Part shown: piece by piece, positions 13,834-25,780 of the stretch
Numbering within the stretch: position 1 is the stretch's first letter
Layout of the letters: every line of letters begins with the position of its first letter
Source of the DNA: Podarcis erhardii
Lineage: Eukaryota
Strand: one strand, 5' to 3'
Length of the DNA stretch: 64,000 bases
Assembly: GCA_964252035.1 (NCBI GenBank)
Contig: CAXUOO010000144.1
Program-made: the position numbers and the translations under genes
Notes under the pieces: generated by a model
Database searches by the model: none
Seen by the model: the letters and a program-made list of their open reading frames with translations, nothing else
What the model was told of the DNA's origin: nothing

Positions 13834-15783
13834 TCACGTCTGCTGGGTAAATAAAGGAGAGGCTTGGACCAGTTCGATGGGCGTCGTACGACCTTCAGGT
13901 CTGATCTGAAGTAGACCAGTCACTGCTGACTGAACTGAAGTATATGGAATTCTACCTCCAGGACATGATGGAAATTCTATTTGTCCCACTTCTTTGTAGG
14001 TTTTATGCAGTGCCTTGATGACTGTTGTTAGGTCTGCGTCGTTGGGTACATTGGCGAAAGGCAAGCCGTTACACCATATCATGAAAATACTAACGCCGAG
14101 GGAAAATGCATCCATTTTTCTGCTTAGAACTATCTGTGCGTCAGCAGAAACACTGGTGGCCACGCACTCGATAATTTCGGGACTCATATAAACAGGGCTG
14201 CCGCTTCGGCAAGAAATGATAACGGGCGGTTTGTCGAGTCTGCGAGCGAGTCCAAAATCGGAGATAAGCACTCGCCCTTTGGAGTCGATCAGGAAGTTTG
14301 CAAGCTTAATGTCGAGGTGTACCACACCTAGCAGATGAAGCCTTGCGACTACGCTGATCATCTGTCTGGTCAGTTCTAGCAAAACAGGAGGAGTCAAGCT
14401 GACAGACGTTGTCAGCTGCTGCAAGTCACACATTGCGGCAGGATACAAAGCACATACTTTAGTTCCATACACATGTTTTCCCAAGTTGTACGTGGACGGC
14501 ATATGTGTAATCTGCCCCACAAGAAAGGGGACAACTATTCGGTATTTTTTAAAAAGTGTGTAAGGGTCGAAAGAGCGTGGGAAAAGAACTGGAATGCTCA
14601 GCTCAGCACGTTCACAATCGCGGAGGAGCTTTGCTTCTGCAGCAGCGCTTAAACGAGACGAGCGCTCTTGAGTACAGACTTTCACAGCGAATTCCACGTC
14701 ATCTGCTGTGACAGCCTCGATGACGATTCCAAACGATCCTTCGCCAAGGAAACGCCTTGGATACAGTTTGATGTTCCCAAGGTTAGGTGCTTTACGCAGG
14801 AAGACTTTAAACGACTTTTTGTGTGGTAACAGTTTGGCCAAAGCAATAGCGTGCGAGGAAGGTGATTTAACCATCATAGAGGCAACAGCTTTCGCAGCTT
14901 CCACAAGAGTCGAAACAGCTTTGCTATCTGATTCGAGATATTTTTCTTCTGGTACCGAAAACAACATTTCCACAGCCTCTGCTAGAGATTTAGACACAGA
15001 AGTCATCGCCTTCCTCCTGTCGCCTTTCTCCAATAAAGCAGACAAAATTCTTGATACATGTATTGGTGTAGCGCTTGGCAATCTTTGGCTACGAGGCTCT
15101 AATGTAATAGGCACGACAAGTTTGCCGAACGCCTGCACGTTGTTGCCAAAAGGCTGTTTAATTGCATTCAGTTTACGATTGTTGCCGTGCACTGCCTCGC
15201 CCGCACTAATTGATTTAGTAGGGATTTTTCTTTCCCCTCTCTGTTTTGAAGATTTGCTGGAAGCCGAGGATCCAACGGGGGACCCCTCCCTATTCATCCA
15301 AAAAGCTTCATCTTTAGGAGCGAGAATAGTTGGTTGAGATTCGAGACGTGGTCTCTGGATAGAAGGAGATGAAATGTCGAGCCTGAGAGAAGCGAAAGGC
15401 CCGCCTCCAACGACGGCGCTCGAATTCCCATGCGTTGTTTGTATTCGAAGATCTTCTTTATCGCTGGTAGCACTGACGGGGATCATTTCCGCAACAGCGA
15501 AGAAAAAAAGGAAGATTCCACACTGTGTGCTCCTATTGACGTCAGCAATCCTCCCTTTCCATATTGATGAATGAATATCATAGGGAGATAGAAGGCCCCT
15601 GTGCGAGGTCATTTCTGCTTCTCTATAGACATTTTTGTGGTGGTCAGGAAAATTTTCGGAGGCTTTGTTCCCGCAGAAGCCGCCAGTGGGGTAACGGGCG
15701 AGACGGAGCAAGCTTGGAAAATGAGTGAGATGGAGAAGAGTCAGTTTTAGGAGGATTAACGTGGATTTCCGCCATGCCATCAC
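13834..15783 (-). CDS. Rhoptry kinase family (ROPK) Ser/Thr protein kinase, single exon, 649 aa, predicted catalytically active; subfamily not assigned
   Basis: Intact ORF with G-loop LGEGSFGIV, FAVK, catalytic loop HLDIKLANF, DFG and YMSPE. ROPK hallmarks: insert ending RIVVPFLVGQI, LYPAAMCDL, and the C-lobe cysteine pair (WCNGLPF...FPSC). Long N-terminal extension with hydrophobic stretch CGIFLFFFAVAEMIPVSA (possible recessed signal peptide); the true start may be a downstream Met. Confidence 0.9.
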   Translation of the reverse strand: MMAWRKSTLILLKLTLLHLTHFPSLLRLARYPTGGFCGNKASENFPDHHKNVYREAEMTSHRGLLSPYDIHSSIWKGRIADVNRSTQCGIFLFFFAVAEMIPVSATSDKEDLRIQTTHGNSSAVVGGGPFASLRLDISSPSIQRPRLESQPTILAPKDEAFWMNREGSPVGSSASSKSSKQRGERKIPTKSISAGEAVHGNNRKLNAIKQPFGNNVQAFGKLVVPITLEPRSQRLPSATPIHVSRILSALLEKGDRRKAMTSVSKSLAEAVEMLFSVPEEKYLESDSKAVSTLVEAAKAVASMMVKSPSSHAIALAKLLPHKKSFKVFLRKAPNLGNIKLYPRRFLGEGSFGIVIEAVTADDVEFAVKVCTQERSSRLSAAAEAKLLRDCERAELSIPVLFPRSFDPYTLFKKYRIVVPFLVGQITHMPSTYNLGKHVYGTKVCALYPAAMCDLQQLTTSVSLTPPVLLELTRQMISVVARLHLLGVVHLDIKLANFLIDSKGRVLISDFGLARRLDKPPVIISCRSGSPVYMSPEIIECVATSVSADAQIVLSRKMDAFSLGVSIFMIWCNGLPFANVPNDADLTTVIKALHKTYKEVGQIEFPSCPGGRIPYTSVQSAVTGLLQIRPEGRTTPIELVQASPLFTQQT

Positions 15784-17109
15784 TACTTTTTAAAGTGGGG
15801 TCGCCTTCGAGATCTTCCATGCATGTTCACTCTGCACTTGACCCGTTTCAAAGTTTCGTGAAGCGGCGTCTAATTATCAGACACGGTTGCTTACGTTTCA
15901 GAGTTGTAGAGAAATTCTTTTGAGAATACCTAGCGACAAAAGATGTTTGACATCGCAAATAGACGACCTCGAGTTGGCAAAGAAGAATTCACCGTTTAAC
16001 ATCAACGAGACCGAATCTAAGTCCAGTTATTTGTTTTATGCGCAGGTCGACGAATTTGAAAGGTGCACTTAATAAAAGACACAAGAACGCTTCTTGAGAC
16101 TGACGTCCTACTTCTAGTACTCTGCTGCAGTGCTGTGTTGCTGTATGTCTCTGCACACTCGAAATTGCATTGTCACGTTCAAGTATACTGATTTCACAGT
16201 TTCCCAAGCGTGGGACCAGTGAATGGTGAGTATTACGCCTGTGTGCAAAGACAAAGTCTGAAAAGTGTCAGCAGTCTACCTGACTTCACTGTGTTAGCAC
16301 ATTCTGACTAATAAGATAGCTGTTGGGGTAATGTCGCTTTGCCGGGAATCTGTATGGTTTTGCCAGCCGAGAGGTAGTCTTGTCCGGATGCGCTGTGATG
16401 CAGACAGCTGAGCACTTCAGCTTGGCCTTTGCCTGATGAAGACAAATAAATCTGTTTGTGAAAAAGAACTGCCTTTAACAAATAAAAACAATAATAGAAG
16501 AGACTTTTTTAATGATAGACATGGAACCTTGGCATAGAAATATGTTTTTCATAGTTCAATCGTCCCCTAGGTGATGATGCGGTAATTTAACCATAGTATC
16601 CGATCACACCGCCCAAGCCTACTACCCGTGGGAGTATACGGACAATGAATAATAACCTGTGGAGAGACATGCAATACTGGTATCAGATCCTCATAGCGGT
16701 TGTCAGATTTTAACCTTATTTTTTTCCAGTGTCTGGTTGGGAGGTCTATGATGCGCCCTGGTTTGTCCCACCCGTACTCTTTTATAATGGTGGGATCATA
16801 TAGACTCCTGAGAAGATGCTAATTATATAAATGGATATGTCTTTACAAGAGACATAAGCAACGTCGAACTGAATGTGTCATTTATTGAAAGATACGCACA
16901 CCCACACTTTCTTAAGCAACTAGCTGCTTAATACATACTGCCCAACGAGTTCTACTAAATGCGTCTGTTTCAAGCAAAAAGACATGGAGACTTGTTTTTT
17001 GACTGATCTAAGATAGATGGATTTCAGCCATTGTGCAAAAGAAATAACGTAGGTTTTTGTCCATTGCTACCCCACAGTACATACACAGTAATGATACAGA
17101 CATGCGTAC

Positions 17110-17148
<39 letters not shown>

Positions 17149-17297
17149 CTAGGTTAAATGGAGTTTTTTCAATTTATTGAATTTCAACTTTTGATGGACG
17201 ACAAAGAGAGAATGCTCTGCGGGAATACTGACGAACCACAGTGGTGATTCTATTTAAAGAACTGGTCGTTATCTTTTCACGAATTCTTTCTCTATAG

Positions 17298-19003
17298 CTG
17301 TACTGCCGGAGGAAGCTTCTCAAAATTCAATTCTATAAAGCTGCACCGCCAGCAAGTGAAGAATGTTTCCTACCTTTTCTGGCGCGCTGTGGAAAAAGAT
17401 ATGTATGAACGTCTAACAAAGTCTCTGGGAGAGGAACACAGTGATATTCCTATGCGGACTATGATGGTCTTCACTTCGCTAGAAGGCGATGAGGACTTTG
17501 ACAAACAACTATAAGAGACGATCTGAAATGCATGAGATGAAACCATTCGTAGAAATAACGGAAATCGAGAATTGCTCACGTTCGGTTTATTTTACTGACT
17601 ACAGATCATGTTAACTGGAAAAAACGTAGGTAGACACGCAAATCGTGGAATCAGCAGAACATGTACTCCTGTGCGTCAAATATGAAATTTGCCGTGACCG
17701 CTTTTTCGTATTATCGCATCAGAGATTGAAAAAACCACCGTATACTAATCTGAAATGTATGGTAGATTGTGTAGGAGAGCTATCTTAGGAAATCGGCCGA
17801 ATAGTGCCAGTGAACAATATGTTGATACAGCTCTGCTTAACATCTGCTAAGGCAAAATCAGGAAAACGTATTATAATCTAGTACAACTATCAGTCGCGAT
17901 GTAATCGAAAAAAATGAATCCCTGATACTAAGAAAATTCTTTCCTGCAACTACCTGATTACACAAAAATTTATCTAAGCATTTCAAACAAAACGCGAGTC
18001 TGTAGTGCACGCAGCCAATAATACATTGCAGGTTTATTGCAGGGATTTCGGAGCGCGAAGAAACAGAAAAATTCTTTTCATCAATTACGGCAGTCAGTCT
18101 TTCCTGTTTATGACTGCGAAGGGCCGCAAGACTTCATCACCCGCTTGCTGCAGAACACATTCTGTGTAGTCATGCATAAAAATCGCACGTTTTCTATTGT
18201 AAATGATTTGAAAAAGAAAACAGAACAAGTTTGTTACAGAAGACTGTTGTTTACTTAATGCAGACAGGACCTTCAATTGTTTTTACAATTGTGCGCACCT
18301 TACGGCATCCGTGGGTGACAGCTGCTTCTGCGTTGTACTTCCGATATAGATATACACCTCCACCTCCAAAATTCAAGTAGCGTACAAAATTTTGTTAAGG
18401 AAATTAGTAGCACGAGTTTTAATATGTTCATTTCGAGCTTTTGAGGCTTGTGAATATGAATCGATTGCAAATTGGCGTATCGCCTCACATTTGATGCAGA
18501 TTGTCACTCTTTGAAGAGAGTGTGAAGAATCTTCTTTAATCAATACAGCCATTAAAGTTAGATAAATGAGCTTTCGCTCAGGCAGAGTCGTCACTAAGGA
18601 TTTGGATACTTATAGAATTTGCCCACCAACAATGCTGTTTGAATGACAGCAGGATACTATCGAATCTTCTTTCGTTTTCAACACAGTTCAAGCGCATAGG
18701 TTACACCGCAGTCATCTAGAATAAAAGAGCATGACGTGCAGCTGAAAAACTCTCACCTATTTAACAACAGATATCATCAAGTCGCACCACAAGTGGATTT
18801 TCAAGCAGTTTAAACAACAGTTTCGTAGAATTCTTTGTGATCTCCCACCTACTTCGACATTAGCCCAAAGATTTGAACGAAATGCAATAGATGTTGGTAT
18901 AAGCACTACGTTGCACCTTCACTATTTTTCCACAAATCTTTTCTCAACAGCTTTCCGAATGGAGTATCAATTCGTTTTTGAGTGGGACATGTCTACTGTG
19001 TAA
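17298..19003 (+). pseudogene. Decayed copy 2 of the same unrecognised gene ('X2')
   Basis: 71-codon open segment 17299-17514 after a pyrimidine-rich AG (..NVSYLFWRAVEKDMYERLTK..), DCVGELS (17765), ORF 18037-18258 (FPVYDCEG..RLLQNTFC), and a 145-codon frame at 18566-19003 with only 3 internal stops (..RILCDLPPTSTLAQRF..). Confidence 0.45.
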
Positions 19004-19173
19004 ATCTTTTGAGGTCAATTGTTTTGCTTGATTATGCAATCTATTGATGAATCTAGTTTTTCCATAGCAGTATAATAGGTGTATTTATTGTTTTAAAGCA
19101 CAATATCTCTCCTACTTATTTTATGGATAAGTTTTTCCGGCAAGATCATTTGAATCATTGATATATAAATCGT

Positions 19174-19650
19174 GAAGGCGCAAATTTGAGTTCCCGACTG
19201 CGTAGGAATTAACCCCTTCTATTCGGGTACGATATGTTCATTACAAGAACTATGGCACTACGCGCGTTGTTTCTTCCTAACAATGCTAATTCAAATTCTA
19301 TAAAAGATCTCACTCAGCAAAACTTCTACAATACATCATCTTGACTTGCGGTCAACAAGAAATAGAATGCAACATGGGTGTCGGCAGCGACACGTTCCAG
19401 AAGCAAATACCGGATACATTTCTTGGACAGTTGGGTTGGGTTGTTTCGTGTTCAATAACTATGTCATACTACCAGATATATTTCACTCACGCAATTGTAT
19501 ACTGTACCCTCTACCGTTTGATTGCAAACGCTTTCCTCTCATAGCCTGTGATAATCGTACGAATCCGCCGCGTTAAATTTTGTGTACTGTAGTCTACATG
19601 CAATTTGATATTCGGCAGCGACACTTTACGACAGCGAAAATCAGATAAAT
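19174..19650 (-). pseudogene. Probable relic of a second ROP kinase N-lobe
   Basis: NIKL (19601-19612) and FAIK (19517-19528) are 72 nt apart, exactly as NIKL (14764-14775) and FAVK (14680-14691) in the intact kinase. RVVP*FL (19253-19264) matches RIVVPFL. GTQICAF (19174-19194) matches GTKVCAL with 15/21 nt identity. Many stops, and the G-loop is not retained. Confidence 0.4.
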
Positions 19651-20348
19651 ACATTAGAAGCCCGTTTGAACTACGTTCTATAAATCTGTCATGCTACTAT
19701 CTGTTTCCACTCAGATTAATTCCTGTATTCTTTGTGTTATATTTGCGCACACTTCCCTTATAACCATCAATACGAATGAATCCGCTTTTACAGTATAATT
19801 TTGAGGACGTATGACTGACCGCAAATGGCCTAACATACAATGTTGCCAAGATCGAATCATTTTCCGGCAAGAGATACAAGTATCGGATCTGTGTTAAATT
19901 GGGCCATAACGCAAGCCACTGCTCGGAAGATGATAAGATAATCTAAACTAACATTTGAGCTCCCCGTTTATCCAGCATATTTATACAAAAAACAGTCTCC
20001 GACTTGTCTGACTTCAACTTCCCTCACTACGACTTCTTAGTATGCGAGTCCCTAACAAAGTTGCATTCGCATTCATTTATCAGGTCCTTCCTGGAGTGAG
20101 GTGAATTTGCCAAGGCCCAAATGATGATAGAATCAAACATATTCTTTCACCTCGATACATATAATTTGAGTCCTTTTTACGATATCAGCTCTAAAAGTAA
20201 AATATTTCGGACTGCTTTTCTCAAAAGCTATTTTTGCAGGAATCCGATTGTATGCGCAGAATAATGCAGACAAAAACAGACACTAAGACTCAGTCAACAC
20301 CTCTGATCGCGTGTTTGCACCACTCTCACCTTCACGCACCTTCATCCC

Positions 20349-20390
<42 letters not shown>

Positions 20391-20674
20391 ATATGTATAT
20401 CCGTGGGCGCTCAATAGTGGGCAAGAAAACTTCTCTCCCGAACCAAGCTGGTAAAGCGGTCGAAGCTACGTGTTGCTCCATAACATGTATCAGCCCTTTC
20501 CCACTGTTCCCGACAAATTCCAGATGAAAAATTTGTTGTAAAAACCTACTTTCTTTCGCAGACGTTAAATTGCTTATTCGCCGTAAACGTGCGCAGCAAA
20601 AGAAAAAGACTTCTGGCACGATAACTCAGCATGATGATACAACGCATGCCGACTACAGGAAACAGCACGAATAA

Positions 20675-21719
20675 TCACTGATTGATGTACTGCGACGCGT
20701 CAATGGTGGCAGGCATTTCAGCAATGTGAACCTCAAAACGGGTCTGTACATCATTTAAAACATTTGTGTCTTCCTGACTTGCAACAAAAGTTATTGCAAG
20801 ACCTTTTGTGCCAAAGCGTCCTGCTCGTCCCACTCGATGCAGGTATGAGTCACTGCAATCTGAGCAAATTCACAGCAAATGTGGAAACGACGCAAAATTT
20901 GCAACTGTACACTGCAAAAATGGGAAGTGTAAAGATGTGTGTTTAATAAACACAAACGCAAACTGAGTACAAAAATCTCCTGAATTGATTTTATTAGACA
21001 ACACAGGCATGGCCGACGGAAGCATAAAACAAAGCAAATTCCGAAAGGGAAGGCTTGAAATCTTAGAAAGTGTTACTGGTCACTGAGAAAAGTCTATAAA
21101 TGCACTAAGCGAAGATCACTGAACTAAGCGATTTCGTGCAGCAATAAAGTGCTCAAAACAGGGAACATTGAACAGAACGCAGAGCTCAACATATACTCAT
21201 GAAAACTCAACCAATTTACAACATTTTTGAATAACATACCAATGCTGCTCCTACAAATTATACTGAACACAGCGGCAAGACGACCTACAAGTATGCATCT
21301 GTTCAGATATACATTGTTTGCATAAACGTTTTGCGCGAATTTTATAAAAGTAAACGCATTAGGAAAACACCAAGAGCCCGCTTCCGGGTCAAACACGACA
21401 TGCATATATACGTAGCACGTTTAAAGTCGCTCTGATATCCGCCAACATACCACTACCGCTAAAAATAATCAAGGTCTCTATTAAATTGAAGAACAAAAAT
21501 TACTAAATAACGGCGTCGCCAACGCTATCTTCCCTCTCACCAGGCATATCGTAGTTGATAACGATGTTTACTCTTTCTATATCGATACCACGACCAAACA
21601 AATCAGTAGCAACCATTATGCGCTTTTCGAAATTCTTGAATTGCTGATAGCGACTGATCCTAAAACAGAAAACAAACAGCAGAATATTGAACAGACGCGG
21701 ATACGTATGTTATACATAC

Positions 21720-21763
<44 letters not shown>

Positions 21764-21896
21764 CCAGTTGCCGTGCTAGCGTGATTTTTTAAAGTTTACT
21801 TACGATGATCATACAGGTATTGTGTGGAAAGGTCCGATATCGTATACACAAGAAGGAAGGGTCTCGAACACTATTTTTGTACGTATATATTCAACT

Positions 21897-21940
<44 letters not shown>

Positions 21941-24900
21941 GACCTGCTTACAGATGAAATTAAGGTCTCGAACATTAAAAAATCACACAGACATGAGTGT
22001 ATGTCATTGTGTATCGACAACCATCTGAAACAAACATTTATACTTCGTTTCACACATGCTAGCAAAACACTAGCATTTCGATGGAAGCTAACTCAATAAG
22101 CAGGCGCTTCACTCCCGCCCCCGCATCTTTCTGTCGCACTAAACCTGCCCTCACTGTAACAACCATAGCTATATAAATGGTGTACTGACTGAGCACACAT
22201 GCACAAAAAAATAAATAAATAAATATATATATATATATATCTACAATTACATGTGCTTTCAGTTGATTTCATGTAGCTATCGTGCCGCTTCTGTTTTTCC
22301 TTGCGAACCTTCTCGTTCTTCCATTATATATATGTAGACATATATATATATATATATATACATATATATGGAATGCAGTTTGAGAATCTAGTCAGGCTCA
22401 CAATCTAAATGTTTAGTTCTTCAAACATTGACGCTCGTATCATCAAGTACACCAACTACGTCTCCTCTTAAAACCAACTCCGTCATGCTATACATATATA
22501 TATATTTATTCATTCTCGTGTACGCAGTAAGGACAATATCTTGCAAAGTTAGAACAGACACATCCTGTATTACTGCTGCTTTCTCAAAAAGAGTTTGTGC
22601 ACACGCAAAAACAGAATACTTCACAGAAACATGTGTACAACGTATTTATATTTATCAGACAAATTCATATCTATTGCTGCTTGATATATATATATATATA
22701 TTTATTTATTTATATAATTTGTTTACTGTTACGGTCAAATTGTTTTTTATTGCCCAGATCCACTAGTTTTTTCGGCAGTATACAACTATTAAACCCCCTT
22801 CTTCTGTAACACTAATAAGCTAACTTTTATAAGAAAACACGCATACGCTGAAAGACATACAAACAGTCACACATCCACGCACAATCACACATGTACACAC
22901 AAGAACTTTTTAAAAAATATATTTCTATGATAAGTTTATGTTTACCCATCAACATTTTCCCACGACACTACAGAAATCTATACAACATCTGTAACTACTA
23001 AGTAAAAGTGATGACTCTCATCCGCACCGTTCTTCCTGATCTAATCCGGCGTGAATAGCGATGGAGGGAAAGTTGCACTCGGTGAGAAGACGGTCGAGAG
23101 CCTGGGCCCGAGACACGCTTTTCACGAATATTATGACTTGATTGAATTCGAGAGTATCAAGCAAGTCGTTCAATTTCCTGTTTTTTTCACTCTCCTGCAG
23201 CTTTACGTAGTATTGAAGAAGACCGTGAAGCGTGAGTTTGCTCTCATCGTCGATGAAGACTTCAACGGGATTCTGCATGAAGCGCTTGCAGACATCGCGT
23301 ATTTCCTTGTTCATGGTAGCAGAGAAGAACATCACTTGCTTCTTCTTAGGAGTGGCCATGAAGATGCTTTGCACGTCTTTCCGCATGTCTAGCTTCTCCA
23401 AACACTTGTCACACTCATCCAGCACGAAATGAGACGTTTTCTCTGTGTTCAAGTGTTTGCCCTTTATGAGCGCCAAGACGCGCCCGGGTGTTCCTATCAA
23501 AATGTGTGGAGTCGTCTTCGCATCTTTCAACATATCGATGTTTTTCTGTATATTCACGCCGCCATAGACCACTTCGCATTTCACGTTTTTCAAATACTTG
23601 CTGAACCGATCAAATTCATTCTTGATCTGAAACGCCAGTTCTCGCGTATGAGCAATTCCCACACACACTACCCCTTGACTGTTGCCCTCTTCCGCACTCC
23701 CCTCAAGGTTCAACTGCTGCAAGATACTCAGTACAAACACTGCCGTTTTTCCCATGCCTGAAAGATTGGGCAAACCAGAGAAGAACACATCACAGGAAAC
23801 GGAGTAAAAAACTAGCATTCGAATGGATGGCTTTTTCAGAGAACCTGACGCAAACACTGCCGTCTTTTGAGACTTGTGGATAGCATAGGCACAGCCTCAT
23901 ATGAAATTGCACATGTCTACTCGTTGAAATGTAAGCACAAGCATTGCCGTCTTCAGCTACTTGATAGAGCATCCTTCGAGTAGTTTGCTGTAGGGAAACT
24001 TTCGTATAAAACAAAAAGAACAAATCTCCTACGGAAAAGCAATATTTGCGCTTCTTTCAAGACGCCCACAGATGTGTTGATAGACACGAGGGGAACCCCC
24101 TTCCCAGGCAATACGATATCAAAAAGACTAGTAGTATAAAACTCGCTTGCCATAGGAAGAAAAAAGCACTTGTAGTGTGCGGCGAAGAACGTTGAGGACA
24201 AATATCCTTCAACATATCTAAAATTGCTGAAATCCACCTCCCAGTGTCAGTGTTTGCTTCACACTACACGATCTTTCCGGTGTATATACACCGCTAACAC
24301 ATACTGTAGAAACAAGATCCACTCTGAAATACGCGTGGAAAGTGTTTCTACAAAGCAACGCAGTAGACATAGACGAACGTATCACCCAGACGTACACTTC
24401 GAATTAACAATATAAAAAAGTACAGTAAGAATGCTTGCAAAGTCAGAACCTTCTCCACCACCCAAGCGACTTTAAAAATTCACTCCTACTTCCCGTTAGA
24501 CACGCTGTTTCCTCGTACAAATATGTACACGGCGGCACTTCCTTATGTATGATGTACTTCATACAAAAGCGGTAGAAGACGCTCTGTTTTCATTGAACAA
24601 GAGTCACTAAGTGGACTCGATCAAAATTCCACGAAAAATCACCTAAAGTGCCACGGCGAATGGTGTCAGATTTAGGTGGAAAAAAACAAATATATGATCA
24701 AGATGGAACAACGAAGCACACGGTGTCTGCGTGGAGAAGAAAGAAGTTCAGCAAGTGACGCTGGTCGCTCCAAGCCTTGCATTTGAACGCAAATCGCACG
24801 TGTATGCACCTGATACCAAAACTTGGATAAGTTGAGACTTTACCATCATCTCGAAAACTACGCGAAAATGACGATATTCCATATTTCTCGATAGCAGCAA

Positions 24901-25705
24901 CAGAGACACCAGCACAAGAATCAAAGAAACATAAGCACCGAAGAAGCTTTAGAAGCTATTTACGCAACAACAACAGCAGGTCAAGGAGCACCCGATATAT
25001 GCAAAAACTGTCACGAGATTCTCCCCTCCAAACAAGAACTAGAAGAACATAAGTACACGCCAAAATACTCACTTTAAGGTCTGTACAATTGCAAGATTTC
25101 AACTTCCATAGGCGCATACATATACACTTTAGGAATTAATACAAAGAATTAGTAATTTAAAACATGCATACATATATATATATATAGAGAGAGAGAGAGA
25201 TAGAGATGGAGAGAGAGAATGCACAACTATACTTCACCGTACAGCATACGTATGAACTGTAGAGAGACATATGAATAAACTTATAAAGAATAGATACAGG
25301 TGAAGACGTAGAGCTGACCTGATTTCGCCTGACAAAGAACATCCACTCCTGTGATGGCGTGAGGAATAGTCTCATGCTGCACTTCTGAAGGATGCTCGAA
25401 ACCTGCATCCCCAATAGCCCGAAGGAGCTCAGGCTTTAAAAAGAAATCTCTGAAAAAGTTAGATAACAAAGAGGAAAAAAAACAAAATAGAGCAAACTGT
25501 AGACGCATAATTCGTGCTGTTAGACATGCAATAAGTAGAGGTAGGCATGTGTTTCTTTCGAAAAGCATACAAATACATAACTTATATAAATAAATAAGTA
25601 TATATATGTATACACCAAAATGTGAAAATATAACCTGCTACCCTTTGCAAAACGAAGAGAGATTGCATACATCTATAGGAATAAATCTCCTCAACGTATA
25701 TATAT

Positions 25706-25780
<75 letters not shown>

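Noticed and set aside
14708-15574. + strand ORFs of 209 and 66 aa
   Set aside because: Antisense shadows of the ROP kinase.
16678-16687. TGGTATCAGA resembling a tRNA-Met primer-binding site of an LTR retrotransposon
   Set aside because: Only 10 nt, a similar 9-mer occurs at about 24809 on the - strand, and no paired LTRs or RT, integrase or chromodomain motifs were seen.
22392-22446. C box/D box pair on the sense strand of UAP56 intron 4
   Set aside because: The span is only about 55 nt, with no internal boxes or recognisable rRNA guide.
23051-23761. + strand ORFs of 113, 66 and 110 aa
   Set aside because: Antisense shadows of UAP56 exon 4.
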